This document shows, piece by piece, positions 1 through 11,830 of a stretch of 64,000 nt of DNA. The position numbers were made by a program, and so were the translations under genes. The stretch comes from Phyllobates terribilis. Its lineage: Eukaryota. Below the pieces are notes generated by a model. The model was given only the letters and a program-made list of their open reading frames with translations. It was not told the DNA's origin and searched no databases. The stretch lies in assembly GCF_046119375.1 (NCBI RefSeq), contig NW_027362761.1:396304001-396368000 (forward strand), in the 5' to 3' direction. Each line of letters starts with the position of its first letter. Position 1 is the stretch's first letter.

Positions 1-510
1 AGATAAATGAAGAAAAAAATTATTTTTAATTTGCAACCTGATGGAGGTCAGTATAGATGGACTAATAGACCAAGTCCCACACACTGCTAGAAGCCCAAAT
101 ATTTTTTCAGAGCTAGATGCAGAAAAAAATTATTTTTAATTTGCAACCTGATGGAGGTCAGTATAGATGGACTAATAGACCAAGTCCCACACACCGCTAG
201 AAGCCCAAATATTTTTTCAGAGCTAGATGCAGAAAAAAATTATATTCAATTTGCAACCTGCTGGAGGTCAGTATAGAAGGACTAATAGAACAAGTCCCAC
301 ACACTGCTAGAAGCCCAAATATTTTTTCAGAGCTAAATGAAGAAAAAAATTATTTTTAATTTGCAACCTGATGGAGGTCAGTATAGATGGACTAATAGAC
401 CAAGTCCCACACACTGCTAGAAGCCCAAATATTTTTTCAGAGCTAGATGCAGAAAAAAATTATATTCAGTTTGCAACCTGATGGAGGTCAGTATAGATGG
501 ACTAATAGAA
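1..510. repeat. 110-bp tandem array (about 4.6 copies visible, runs off the window edge)
   Basis: TTGCAACCTG recurs at 31, 141, 251, 361 and 471. Confidence 0.95.
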
Positions 511-1426
511 TGATGCTATGCCCAAAAGATTTTACTTCACTAGGTGCAGTAAAAAAATTGGTATTCTATACACAGGTGGTATATCTTGCAACACAGATAG
601 GCTACTCCACTGACTAACACACTCTGCAATAGGGCAAAAAGGATTAGCTTTGCTAGATTCAGCCAAATGCTGTGAAAAAAACTTGCACAGCACTGGCACA
701 GACCTGCCTGGCAAAAACTGATAGGAACTGATGTAACCTAGTCCTGAAAAGGACTCCAATTACAATTAGTCTTTACTCCCACAATCTATCTATTTAAGAG
801 CACAGACCTGCCTGATAAAAGTCGTAGGAAATGCTGTAACCTAGTTCTTAAAAGGACTGCAATCACAACTATTCCCTACTCCCAAGCTATCTGTATATTT
901 GTGCGAAAATTGGCTTGAAATTAACAAGGTATAGCGCACACAGCAACAGCGGTGCCGTCTAACACGCAGCTGCAGCAGTGAGAAAATGGTGGCGACGGGG
1001 AAAATGGCTTGGTCTTATAGGGCAAGGACATGTGACATACACTGCCAATCACACATGCCCTTGCTTGTGTGAAAAAAAGCACTTCGCTCCGTGTGTGCGC
1101 TGCTGATAGGCTGACAGATTGCACCTCCCCACTGCAAATGCGGGAAAGAGAAAAAAAAATGGAGATCTTCATTGTTCCTGCAGAGATCCATCCCCTGCCC
1201 CTCCCCCCGCCCCGCTGTACACTCAAACTGCGTATTAACATTAATTTTCATCATTACTGAGAAAAAATCCAGTTATGATTTTGGTGCACGAACAGTTATC
1301 GAACATAACCTCGAACAGCCGAATTTTTCTCAAATTGTTCGTGTTCGCCGACCGGCTCGAACACCGCCCAAAACAGCTCGAATTTGAGATTGGCGAACAG
1401 TTCAAGTAGAACAACGCTCATCTCTA
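1..1426 (-). mobile_element. One end of a hAT-family element (remainder outside the window)
   Basis: Ends in GCTCATCTCTA at 1416-1426 (TIR TAGAGATGAGC on -). 1270-1426 is the reverse complement of the 44882-45030 terminus. TATA-like and GCCATTTT motifs on - at about 985-1025, followed by the 110-bp array. Confidence 0.75.
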
Positions 1427-2050
1427 GTTATGTTGCCTCTCGTTGTCCAAATTTTGGGTGACAGTCATTACTGGTTGGTAACACTTCTAGACCCATGCTA
1501 CAAGGAGAACTTTCTGTCTCTTATTCCCGTGCCGGACAGGTCTAATAAAATGGGGCCGCATGAGAAGGCCCTTGTTGCGTAATTATTAAAAAAATTCCCA
1601 TCTGAAAACTCTGGTGGCAGAGGTTACAGTTCGTTGGAGAGCCAAGGAGTTCAGGCGAGAGAGACACAAATGCAATACAGCAGAGGCAGGGGAACACTGT
1701 CAAAGTTCTGGGACACTTTTCTCAGACCCTCCCATCGCACAAGCCCTGAGGCGAGGGATACTCTCACAAGGAGGGAAAAGTTTCGGAAAATTCTGAGGGA
1801 GTACCTTGCCGACCATATCAATGTCCTCCTTGATTCCTCTGTGCCTTATAATTATTGGGTATCCAAGCAGGACATGTGGCATGAACTGGCTTTCTACGCC
1901 TTGGAGGTCCTGGTCTGCCCTGTCACTAGCGTTTTGTCAAAGTGGGTTTTTCAGTGCTGCTGGTGGAATTATAACCGAGAGGCGCATCCGCCCATCAACT
2001 GAAAATGCTGACAGACTGACTCAACACCACCGAATGATAGCAGCGTAATA
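1427..2050 (+). pseudogene. Degenerate hAT transposase C-terminal fragment
   Basis: Frames give YWLVTLLDPCYKENF, WHELAFYALEVLVCPVTSVLS and FSAAGGIITERRIRPSTENADRLT, homologous to the intact transposase at 31853; frameshifted. Confidence 0.9.
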
Positions 2051-2199
2051 TGAACTCAAATACAGTGTCTTTTTTTTGGGAGGTCTAACTCTATTCCCAT
2101 GCACCTCTGTCTTCACACCCAGACATGGGTATACACTTGTCCTCCTACTTCTCCTCATCCTCATCCTTCACTACAATATCGCCGCCATATCTGCCATAT

Positions 2200-3490
2200 C
2201 ACCATATCTATATCTCTTGCAAGGAGCATTGGATTTCCTCCAAATTTTTGGCAGCCGTTGCATTCACTGCATAAGAAAACAGTATGGGAGACCCACTTCC
2301 TAATAATGGAACATTGTTTTCAGGAGGCCCTCCGACTTCAACGTCTCTTGCAAGGGACATTGGAGTTCCTCCAAATTTTTGGCAGCCGTTGCATTCACTG
2401 TATAGGCAAACACTATGCGAGAACCACTTTCTAATAATGGGAACATTGTTTTCAGGAGGCCCTCCGACCTCAATGTCTCTTGCAAGGGGCATTGGACTTC
2501 CTCCAAATTTTTGGCAACCGTTGCATTTAATGCATAGGCAAACAGTTTGGGAGACCCACTTCCTAATAATGGGAACATTGTATTCAGGAGGCCCTCCGAC
2601 CTCTACATCTCTTGCAATGGTCATTGGAGTTCCTCCAAATTTTTGGCAGCAGTTGCATTCACTGCATAGGCAAACAGTATGAAAGATCCACATCCTAATA
2701 ATGGGAACATTGTTTTCAGGAGGCCCTCATACCTCTACATCTCTTGCAAGGGGCACTGGAGTTCCTCCAAATTTTTGGCAGCCGTTGCATTCACTGCATA
2801 GGCAAACAGTATGGGAGACACACTTCCTAATAATGGGAAAAAAAATTTCGGCAGGCCCTCCTCTATGTCTCATGCAATGGGCATTAGAGTGCCCCCAAAT
2901 TTTGGGCATCCGTTGAATTCACTACATACTCAAGAACAGTATGGGAGACCCGATCCTTTCTATTGGGATCATGTCGTTACTGTGGCGCAGCTCCATGTGT
3001 CTTTAAATTGGTATTGGGGTTTTTCCCAAAGTTTGGCAGCCATTGGACTCACTGCATACCCTATAAATGTATAGAAGACCCCCTCCTTTCTAGGAATATG
3101 TCATTACTGTGGCCCACCTCTATGTGTCTTTAAATTATTATTGGGGTTTTTCCTAAGTTTTTGCAGCCGTTGTACTCACTGAAATCCCTATAACTGTATA
3201 GCAGACCCGCTCCTTTCTAATGGGAACATGGCATTACTGTGGTCCAGCTCTATGTGTCTTTAAATTGTTATTGGGGTTTTTCCTAAATTTTGGCAGCCGT
3301 TGTACTCACTGAATACCTTATAACTGTATAGCAGACCCGCTCCCTTCTAATGGGAACATGGCATTACTGTGGCCCAGCTCTATGTGTCTTTAAATTGTTA
3401 TTGGGGTTTTTCCCAAATTTTGGGCAGCCCTTGCAGTCACTGCATACGCAATAACAGTATAGGAGACCCACTCTTTAATAATGGGAACAA
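2200..3490. repeat. Tandem array of 130-132-bp units (two subtypes) downstream of the dead hAT transposase
   Basis: CAAATTTTTGGC at 2241, 2372, 2504, 2636 and 2768; second subtype TGTGTCTTTAAATT with about 130-bp period from about 2995 to 3480. Confidence 0.9.
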
Positions 3491-4233
3491 CAAAGCATAG
3501 CTGACTGCTGGCCCTTTAAGAATAGTAAGGGCCACCTGATTGCCCTATAAAAATAGTCTTTGTGACTTTCAGAGTCCCTCCTTCATAAATGAAACAGGAT
3601 GTGTCTGATCATGTCTCATACATCACAAGGCAAGATAAGGTTGTAAAATGTTAAAATGACATTTCCCGGTGTATGTATTTTTCACCGTTGAAAGCAATGA
3701 AAAAGTGCAAAAACTCATGAAAAACACTACGTGTGAACATAGCGCGAAGTGTGGAGGAGCATTTTTGTTTTTGGCTATTTATTTTGCCTTATATACAAGC
3801 CATTACCCTGGAAAGGTTGTTCCTTATCATTTTTCCCAGGAAAATCCATTTTGTTTTAGTTTTTGTATGCTTCATTGTGAGTCCGTAAAAGTGACGTAAT
3901 ATTCTAAAGACATTATTGGCAGCAGTGACGTGGGAGTCAGAGATGCTTGCAAGGGTATTCTCCATGCTGTTCCTATGTCATTTGAGCACTGTCCCCATCG
4001 GTTTGGGCAATTTTAGGCCCTATGCAGACCGCCGTAGGGGGCCACCGGAAAAATGCTCGAGTTTCCCATATACTTACATTGCGCTCGTTACCCGGACCTA
4101 GCACTCGAGCATTCCAATTTGCTTGACCCTAGCAATGAGTACCCGAGCATTTTAGTGCTCGCTCATCCCTAGTAATTTGATCTACATGTGGTTGAATTGT
4201 TATTAATTAGAATTGTGTTGTCTAAACTATAGC

Positions 4234-4267
<34 letters not shown>

Positions 4268-4716
4268 CATTATTTATTTTTAGAGCACCATTTATTCCAT
4301 GGTGCTGTACATGAGAAGGGGTTACATATAAATACAAATAAACTACAATGAACATACTAACAATGACAGATGGGGTAATAGAGGGGAGGTGACCCTGCTA
4401 TTGTGGTCTTACAGTGTACAGGATAATGTGTAAGGAGACAGTAAGTTAGATTTGTGGCATCTCCGATGGTGGTCAGGAGGCAGCAGGGTCATTGCCTGCT
4501 GTATGTTTTCTTAAAGAGAGAGGTTTTCAAGTTCCATGTAAAAGTTCCAAAAGTAGGAGATAATTTGATGTGTTGGGGCAAAGAATTGCAGAAGATACTT
4601 GGGAGAAGTCGTGAAGGCAATTGAGTGAGGAACATACAGGTGTGTAAGAGAGTAGGTGATCTTGGGAGGACCGGAGATTATGTGTGAGCAGTTATCAGGA
4701 GATTAGTTCGGAGATA

Positions 4717-6308
4717 CAGTACAGATCAAAAGTTTGGACGCACCTTCTCATTTAAAGATTTTTCTGCATTTTCATGACTTTGAAAATTGTACATTCACAC
4801 TGAAGGCATCAAAACTATGAATTAACACATGTGGAATTATATACTTAAGAAAAAAGTGTGAAACAACTGAAAATATGTATTATATTCTAGGTTCTTCAAA
4901 GTAGCCACCTTTTGCTTTGATGACTGATTTGCATACTCTTGGCATTCTTTTGATGAGCTTCAAGAGGTAGTCACCGGAAATGGTCTTCCAACAATCTTGA
5001 AGGAGTTCCCAGAGATGCTTAGCACTTGTTGGCCCTTTTGCCTTCACTCTGCGGTCCAGCTCACCCCAAACCATCTCGATTTGGTTGAGGTCTGGTGACT
5101 GTGGAGGCCAGGTCATCTGGCGTAGCACCCCATCACTCTCCTTCTTGGTCAAATAGCCCTTGCACAGCCTAGAGGTGTGTTTGGGGTCATTGTCCTGTTG
5201 AAAAATAAATGATGGTCCAACTAAACGCAAACCGAATGGAATAGCATGCCACTGCAAGATGCTGTGGTAGCCATGCTGGTTCAGTATGCCTTCAATTTTG
5301 AATAAATCCCCAACAGTGTCACCAGCAAAGCACCCCCACACCATTACACCTCCTCCTCCATGCTTCACGGTGGGAACCAGGCATGTAGAGTTCATCCGTT
5401 CACCTTTTCTGCGTTGCACAAAGACAAGGTGGTTGGAACCAAAGATCTCAAATTTGGACTCATCAGATAAAAGCACAGATTTCCACTGGTCTAATGTCCA
5501 TTCCTTGTGTTCTTTAACCCAAACAAGTCTCTTCTGCTTGTTGCCTGTCCTTAGCAGTGGCTTCCTAGCAGCTATTTTACCATGAAGGCCTGCTGCACAA
5601 AGTCTCCTCTTAACAGTTGTTGAAGAGATGTGTCTGCTGCTAGAGCTCTGTGTTGCATTGACCTGGTCTCTAATCTGAGCTGCTGTTAACCTGCGATTTC
5701 TGAGGTTGGTGACTCGGATAAACTTATACTCAGAAGCAGAGGTGACCAGTTTCTTTGTAGCGCTTGATGGTTTTTGCATTTGCACTTGGGGACATATTCA
5801 TAGTTTGCCCAATTTTTCGGACTGACTGACCTTCATTTCTAAAAGTAATGATGACCGCTCGTTTTTCTTTACTTAGCTGCTTTTTTCTTGCCATAATACA
5901 AATTCTAACAGTCTATTCAGTAGGACTATCAGCTGTGTATCCACCTGACTTCTGCACAGCACAACTGATGGTCCAAACCCCATTTATAAGGCAAGAAATC
6001 CCACTTATTAAACCTGACAGGACACACCTGTGAAGTGAAAACCATTTCCGGTGACTACCTCTTGAAGCTCATCAAGAGAATGCCAAGAGTGTGCAAAGCA
6101 GTCATCAAAGCAAAAGGTGGCTACTTTGAAGAACCTAGAATATAAGACATATTTTCAGTTGTTTCACACTTTTTTGTTAAGTATATAATTCCACATGTGT
6201 TAATTCATAGTTTTGATGCCTTCAGTGTGAATGTACAATTTTCAAAGTCATGAAAATACAGAAAAATCTTTAAATGAGAAGGTGTGTCCAAAATTTTGGT
6301 CTGTACTG
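4717..6308 (-). mobile_element. Tc1/mariner transposon with about 270-bp TIRs and TA TSD
   Basis: TA|CAGTACAGATCAAAAGTTTGG ... TTTTGGTCTGTACTG|TA; long inverted terminal repeats. Confidence 0.95.
4880..5785 (-). pseudogene. Tc1 DD34E transposase, N-terminal DNA-binding region deleted
   Basis: SDESKF, QQDNDPKH, WPPQSPDLNQIEMVW; ORF begins abnormally after an apparent deletion. Confidence 0.85.
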
Positions 6309-8132
6309 TACATGGGGGAGAAAGATTATGGATGGCTTTGTAGGTTAATGATAATAGTTTAAACTGGATACATTGGGGAATTAGGAGCCAATAAAGGGTT
6401 TTGCAGAGGGGAGAAGCTGAGTAGTAGAAGGAGAGAGATGGTTTAGTTGGGTAGCAGAGTTAAGGATGGACTGGAGAAGTATGAGACTGTTAGCAGGGAG
6501 GCCACATTGCAGTAGTTGAGACTGGAGGTAATGAGGGCATGCACTAGCATTTTAGTCAATTCAGGGTTGAAGAAAGGATGTATTCTGGAGATATTTTAGA
6601 GTTGGAGGCGGCAGGACGTGGTGAGAGCTTGGATGTACAGTTTGAAGAATAGGACAGAGTTGAGGGTTAATCCAATGCAGTTGACTTCCAGTACTGGGGA
6701 AAGCATGAGGTAATTTATTGTGATATATAGATCAGGTAGTGGAGTTAGGTGAGATGGAGGAAATATGATGAATTCAGTTTTTATCACACTGAGCTTTATG
6801 AAAAGAGAGAAGAAAGATGATATGGCTGATAAACAATCTGGGATTCTGTACAGCAGATAGGTGATGTCTGGGCCAGATAGATAGATCTGAATTTCATCAA
6901 TGTATAGGTGTTAGTGAAAGTCATGGAACTTTATCAGTTCTCCCAGGCCAAAAATATAGATGGAGAAGAGTAGGGATTCAAAGACAGAGCCATAGGGGAC
7001 ACCAACAGAGAGAGAGCAGAATGAAGAAGTCACATGAGAATGTGAGACGCTAAATGTACAGTTTGTGATGTATGAGGAGATCCTGGAGAGTGAAAGGTCT
7101 TTGACACCAAAGTAAAAACAATGTTTAAAAGGAGGGATTGGTCGACAGTGTCAAAAGCAGAGAAGTCTGAAGGAAGAATATAGAGAATTGTCTGTTAGCT
7201 TTAGCGGTAAGTAAGTTGCTAGTAATTTTGGTTAGGGCAATTTCAGTAGAGTGGTGGGGACAGAAGCCAGATTCTAGGTTGTCAAAGAGTGAGTTAGATG
7301 AGAGGTGGGAGGAAGCTTTTGCATGAACATGCTGTTAGTGGAGTTTGGAGTCAAACTGGAGCAGCGATATACCGTAGGCCATTATTTGGATGTGGCATGT
7401 TTGAAGGCAGAAGGGAAGGTACCAGAAGTTAATGATAGGTTAAAGAGATGGGTTAGGGCTAGGATAAGCATGGTGGTGAGGTTGTGGAGGAGACAGGATG
7501 GGATAAGGTAAAGTGCACAAGTGGTGGGGTGTGATTTGGAAAGAAGATGAGTGAGCTCTCTTTCTTCCAATGATGGTGGGGATGAAAATTATGGTGGAAA
7601 GGCTGTGGTCTGTTACATGTAGGGGTTGTGGTGGTTGAGCATTAAAGACTTGCCTGATTTGGACGATATTGTTTTTGAAATGTGCGGCAAAGTCTTCTGC
7701 AGTGTACAGGGAGGTCGGAGGGGGCAGTGGTGACTGGAGGAGAGAGTTAAAAGTATTGAATAACTGTTTGGTGTTTTGGGATAAAGATGATATGAGGTTT
7801 GTGAAGTAGTCCAATTTTGTGAAATTGCTTGTTTGAATGTGATGAAGTCTTCCTATGAGTGTGTTCTCTTCCAGTGCCATTCAGAAACCCTTGACACTTG
7901 CCAAAACTTTTTGATGAGGTTGTTGTGCCAAGCTTGTCTATTGATTCATCGCACTGTGCCATCCATGAGATAGCAGTATAATAAGGTCAGAGAGTGTATG
8001 AATGTCTAGGTGTGTGAGGTCTATGCAGGGGTGCGCCAGTTGCTGGACATGGGGGGCGGGTGAGGGGGATGAGAAAGTGAGTAGATGGTGATCAGATAGG
8101 AAGAGAGCAGAGGTTGTGAGGTTAGATAGGAA

Positions 8133-8729
8133 TCAGAGGTTGGTGAAGATAAGGTCTAATGTATGTCTGTCTGTGTGGGACCACTGATTAAGACCAAAAA
8201 ATGAAGCAAGTGACATGAGGTTGGGGGCTGCCACTTGATAAGTGTCAGTCGGGATATTGAAGTCACCCATGATGATGGTGGGAATTTCAGTAGAGAGAAA
8301 GTGTAGAAGCCAGGTGGACAAGTAGTCAATAAAGGCAGTGTTTGGACCCGGGGGGTCGGTATATGATGGACACTTATAGTGTTGAGGGAGGGTGGATATG
8401 GACAGAGTGTGCTTCAAGGGAAGGGAGAATAAGGGAGGGTAGAGGGAGGGTAGAGGTGGAATTGGGTTGAAGGTGTAGAGGTTAGAAAGAAGAAGACCCA
8501 CTCCTCCTCCATTCCTATTGCTAGGGCAAGGAGTGTGGGTGAAGTGAAGGCCACCGTAACATAGCGCAGCAACAGAGGCTGTGAGGGAGGGTGTCAGCCA
8601 TGTTTCGGTGAGGCAGAAGAAGGATAGCCTGTGAGACGTTAAGTGGTTGAGAATGACATGGAGCTTATTGCTGATGGAACGGGCATTCCAAAGCACTTCA
8701 GAGAAAGGGAGTGGCAGAGTGAGGTTCAA
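8133..8729 (-). pseudogene. LINE apurinic endonuclease domain (ORF2 N-terminus)
   Basis: WNARS...TETWL...GGGVGLLL...GDFN...TLDL motif order. Confidence 0.85.
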
Positions 8730-9376
8730 ATGAATGTTTTATTTTGGAGAGATTGCGGTAGTTTCTAATACTGTAGGTGGGGGGTGATAAGAGGCAGGGA
8801 GTATCAGCTGTGGAGGTCCAGGATTGATAGATAAATTGCCAGCAGGGGGAGAAGCAAATCGAGAGCAAACAAGTGAGAGCAGACTATGTGGCTTGTTTTG
8901 TGCTTTAGTAGGAGTGATCGGAGGTTTAGGAGCAAGTCAGCAGATGAGGTCAGTTGGGGAGGTGAGAGGGAAGGTAATATAATTATTTGTTTGGAGATTG
9001 ATGGAGTTTTGTGATAATGAAGGAGAGTAAGGATTACTGGAGCAATAACTGTAAGGGCATATGTAAGCATGTTAAAAGAATAATTGTGGAAAAATGAAAA
9101 AGCCGGTACAGTTAGTAAACAGGTGTTGCTCTTACCTTCTGGTTATTACTGGTACGTTTCTGGTATATTTTTGAAATATTTATAATGTACACTTAATAAG
9201 CTACATGCATAGACAACGGTCAGCATATTCCTTTCCTTCCAAATTTATACACCTTTAATGAACATGAAAGATACCAGGTGTGGACAGAAGGGAGGAGCAT
9301 TAGATAGATAGGTTATAGAATCAAAGAGATGGGATGAATTAACTGAGACTAGCTAGTATGAACAGTTTGTTAGTTA

Positions 9377-10715
9377 GGCCCCTTCAAACGTCCATGTTTC
9401 AGGAAAGTGTGGCATCTGTTTTCACACATACTGGAGACACGTACACACGCACACCCATTATATTCTGTGGAGCTGCGCACATGTCCGTGTTTTTACATGG
9501 ACTGTGTATCTGTGTGACCCACATGTAGATATGTCCATTTTTTTAAAGCAGCACGGATGACAATACATACCACACATGCGCACACAGATGACATAACTGT
9601 GACATCCGTGTGCTGTCCATGTTACACATACCAGAATAGAAATTAAAGATTTTTAGGTGTAAAAGATGTGCAAAGATAGAGATACATAGTTATATATGAC
9701 GTAAGTAGATGATAGATATATATATATATATATTTTTTAGATCGATAGTAATAGACAAATAGATATCCGTGAGATATACCATTAGTGCCCTGTGTGCGTA
9801 TCTTACTGTACATGTATTAACCTAATAAATAAATAAAAAAATTACGTGGGGTCCCCCAGATTTTTTGTAACTAGCAGAGGTAAAACAGACAGCTGTGAGC
9901 TGATATTATCAGGCTGGCAAGGTCCCTAATTATTTGTCCCTTCCCAGCCTAAAAATAACCAGACCACAACAGCCCGAGAAGTGGAGCAGCACATGAGATG
10001 CTTCAATTCTGGCACTAAGCATTCGCTCATCTGGATATCCCTGTTGCATTGGAAATCGAGGTAATGGGGCTTGGGGCCGATATCAGCTGTGAATTGTCCA
10101 AAAACACAGCTGACATCAAGCCCTGATGTTAATAATGAAGACGTTTCTATCAGACACTCCCATTACTAACCTAGTACTGAAAAAGAAAAAAACACACAAA
10201 AATACTTTGTTTAAGGCCACGGCCCCACTATCAGTATTTGGTCAGTATTTGGTCAGTATTTTTTCTCAGGAGTGGAAGCCAAAACCAGGAGTGGGTGATA
10301 AATGCAGATTTGGTGCACTTGTTTCTATTATACCTTTTCTCTGATTGTTCTTCAACTGGTTTTGGCTCCCACTCCTGAGAAAAAATACTGACCGAATACT
10401 GACCAAATACTGATAGCGGGGCCGTGGCCTAAAATTAACATTCCTCGACTCTTTCTCTGGATCACCTATTTAATAAAATTTCTATCTAGCCCATATCTAT
10501 CTCTATCTTTGCACATCTTTAATGCCTAAAGATCGGTAATTTCTAGTTTGCATTCTATTTCGGTACGTGGCACACAGATGGTACATGAATAGTGCACACA
10601 TACAGACAGATGGTACATGCATCGTACACACGGACAGCCAACAGAAAACCACAAGGATAGTAAAAATGGACTATCTCACGTGTACGTTTTTATAAGCGAA
10701 AGTGTGAAGGGGGCC
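9377..10715. mobile_element. PIF/Harbinger-type non-autonomous element
   Basis: TTA|GGCCCCTTCA ... TGAAGGGGGCC|TTA, 3-bp TSD, degenerate internal inverted repeats. Confidence 0.75.
10215..10429. mobile_element. Harbinger-type MITE nested in the 9377 element
   Basis: TAA|GGCCACGGCCCC ... GGGGCCGTGGCC|TAA; long TIRs; second copy at 62277. Confidence 0.9.
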
Positions 10716-11731
10716 TTACACAGCAGGGGATGAAAACCCATACCAAGAATTGACAGCTTTGCTTCAAAGACTTTGATTGGGGTGTACTTCAAAGACTTTG
10801 ATTTTTGGGGGTTTGCAAAATATCAAATCTTGTTTGCAATCAAGGGCCCACATTTTTGTGAGTATTTTGTTGCATCGTGTCCCATAGAAAATGTTGATTC
10901 TGAAAGGAAACTAAAATTTTTCCGCCAAATCTGTTGGGGTGTACTATTTATGCTGAGTGCTGAATTTGTTATAAACAAAAAGAACGCTGAAGAGATTTTA
11001 CATCATTTGCACCAATTTTCTATGCTATTTGTTGTAATAATTTTTTAAACAAATGTAATGTAAGTAGAAACTATTAATTTTCACTATATTTAAACAACTT
11101 GAATTGACTTTACACATTACTTTACAACAACTGCTGAAAAGTATGATCGTCAAAGAATTTCCCTTTTCCTTAAAGTGAGCTTTTTGTAAATGTTTTATTT
11201 CAAAGAACTGTACATTTCATACCACATGTGGGCATTTCTTTTAATAGAAGTACAACTTCTCATTTGTTGTCCGTCCAATTATTCTCCATACCATATCACA
11301 ATAGGGATGCTACCAATTCTTGCACCTCTTTTTCTTCTCATATTATGTGATTGTGAATTTATTGAACTAGAGCTATAATTTTCATCATTCATTTCTACTG
11401 TGAAGAAAAACATAACAGGGTAGAAAAAGAAAGAAAAAAACTTATCGCAACACACAGTTAGACTAGAGAAAGTATTATAAAATCATTCTATTGTATGTTA
11501 CATAGTGCAACGGAAAATAACTGACCTGATGTATGCTGTTACATCTTTGTACTAATAAAGACATGCTGGAGGAATATCATGAACAAGAATAAACACTGAC
11601 TACTCTGCAAATGTTTGATGCTCAGGTAATAAAGGGCTGGGAATCTATATAATGGCCTAGTTTATGTGGAATGCATGCTAGAATCTCTGAGAGTGGGTCT
11701 CCCAACATGAACTTACAGCCTCATGGACATA

Positions 11732-11830
11732 CAGTGGATACGGAAAGTATTCAGACCCTTTTAAATTTTTCACTATTGTTTCATTGCAGCTATTTGGTAA
11801 ATTCTAAAAAGTTCATTTTTTGTCTCATTA
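11732..11830 (+). mobile_element. Tc1 terminal fragment truncated at a TTAA
   Basis: TA|CAGTGGATACGGAAAGTATTCAGACCC Tc1-like end; the sequence switches to TTAACCCC at about 11829. Confidence 0.55.

Larger units (their letters stand above)
1427..4171 (+). mobile_element. Right portion of an old autonomous-type hAT element
   Basis: Transposase remnant, then tandem array, then CGAGC-rich subterminal region, then GCTCATCCCTA at 4161-4171. Confidence 0.75.
4238..8760 (-). mobile_element. L2/CR1-clade LINE, degenerate, interrupted by a Tc1 at 4717-6308
   Basis: APE endonuclease motifs at 8133-8729 (LWNARS, CLTETWL, IIMGDFN, HTLDLIF); RT-region motifs FNLSLTSGTFPSAFKHA and SAFDTVD; (TAA)n tail at about 4240-4270. 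Confidence 0.85.
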
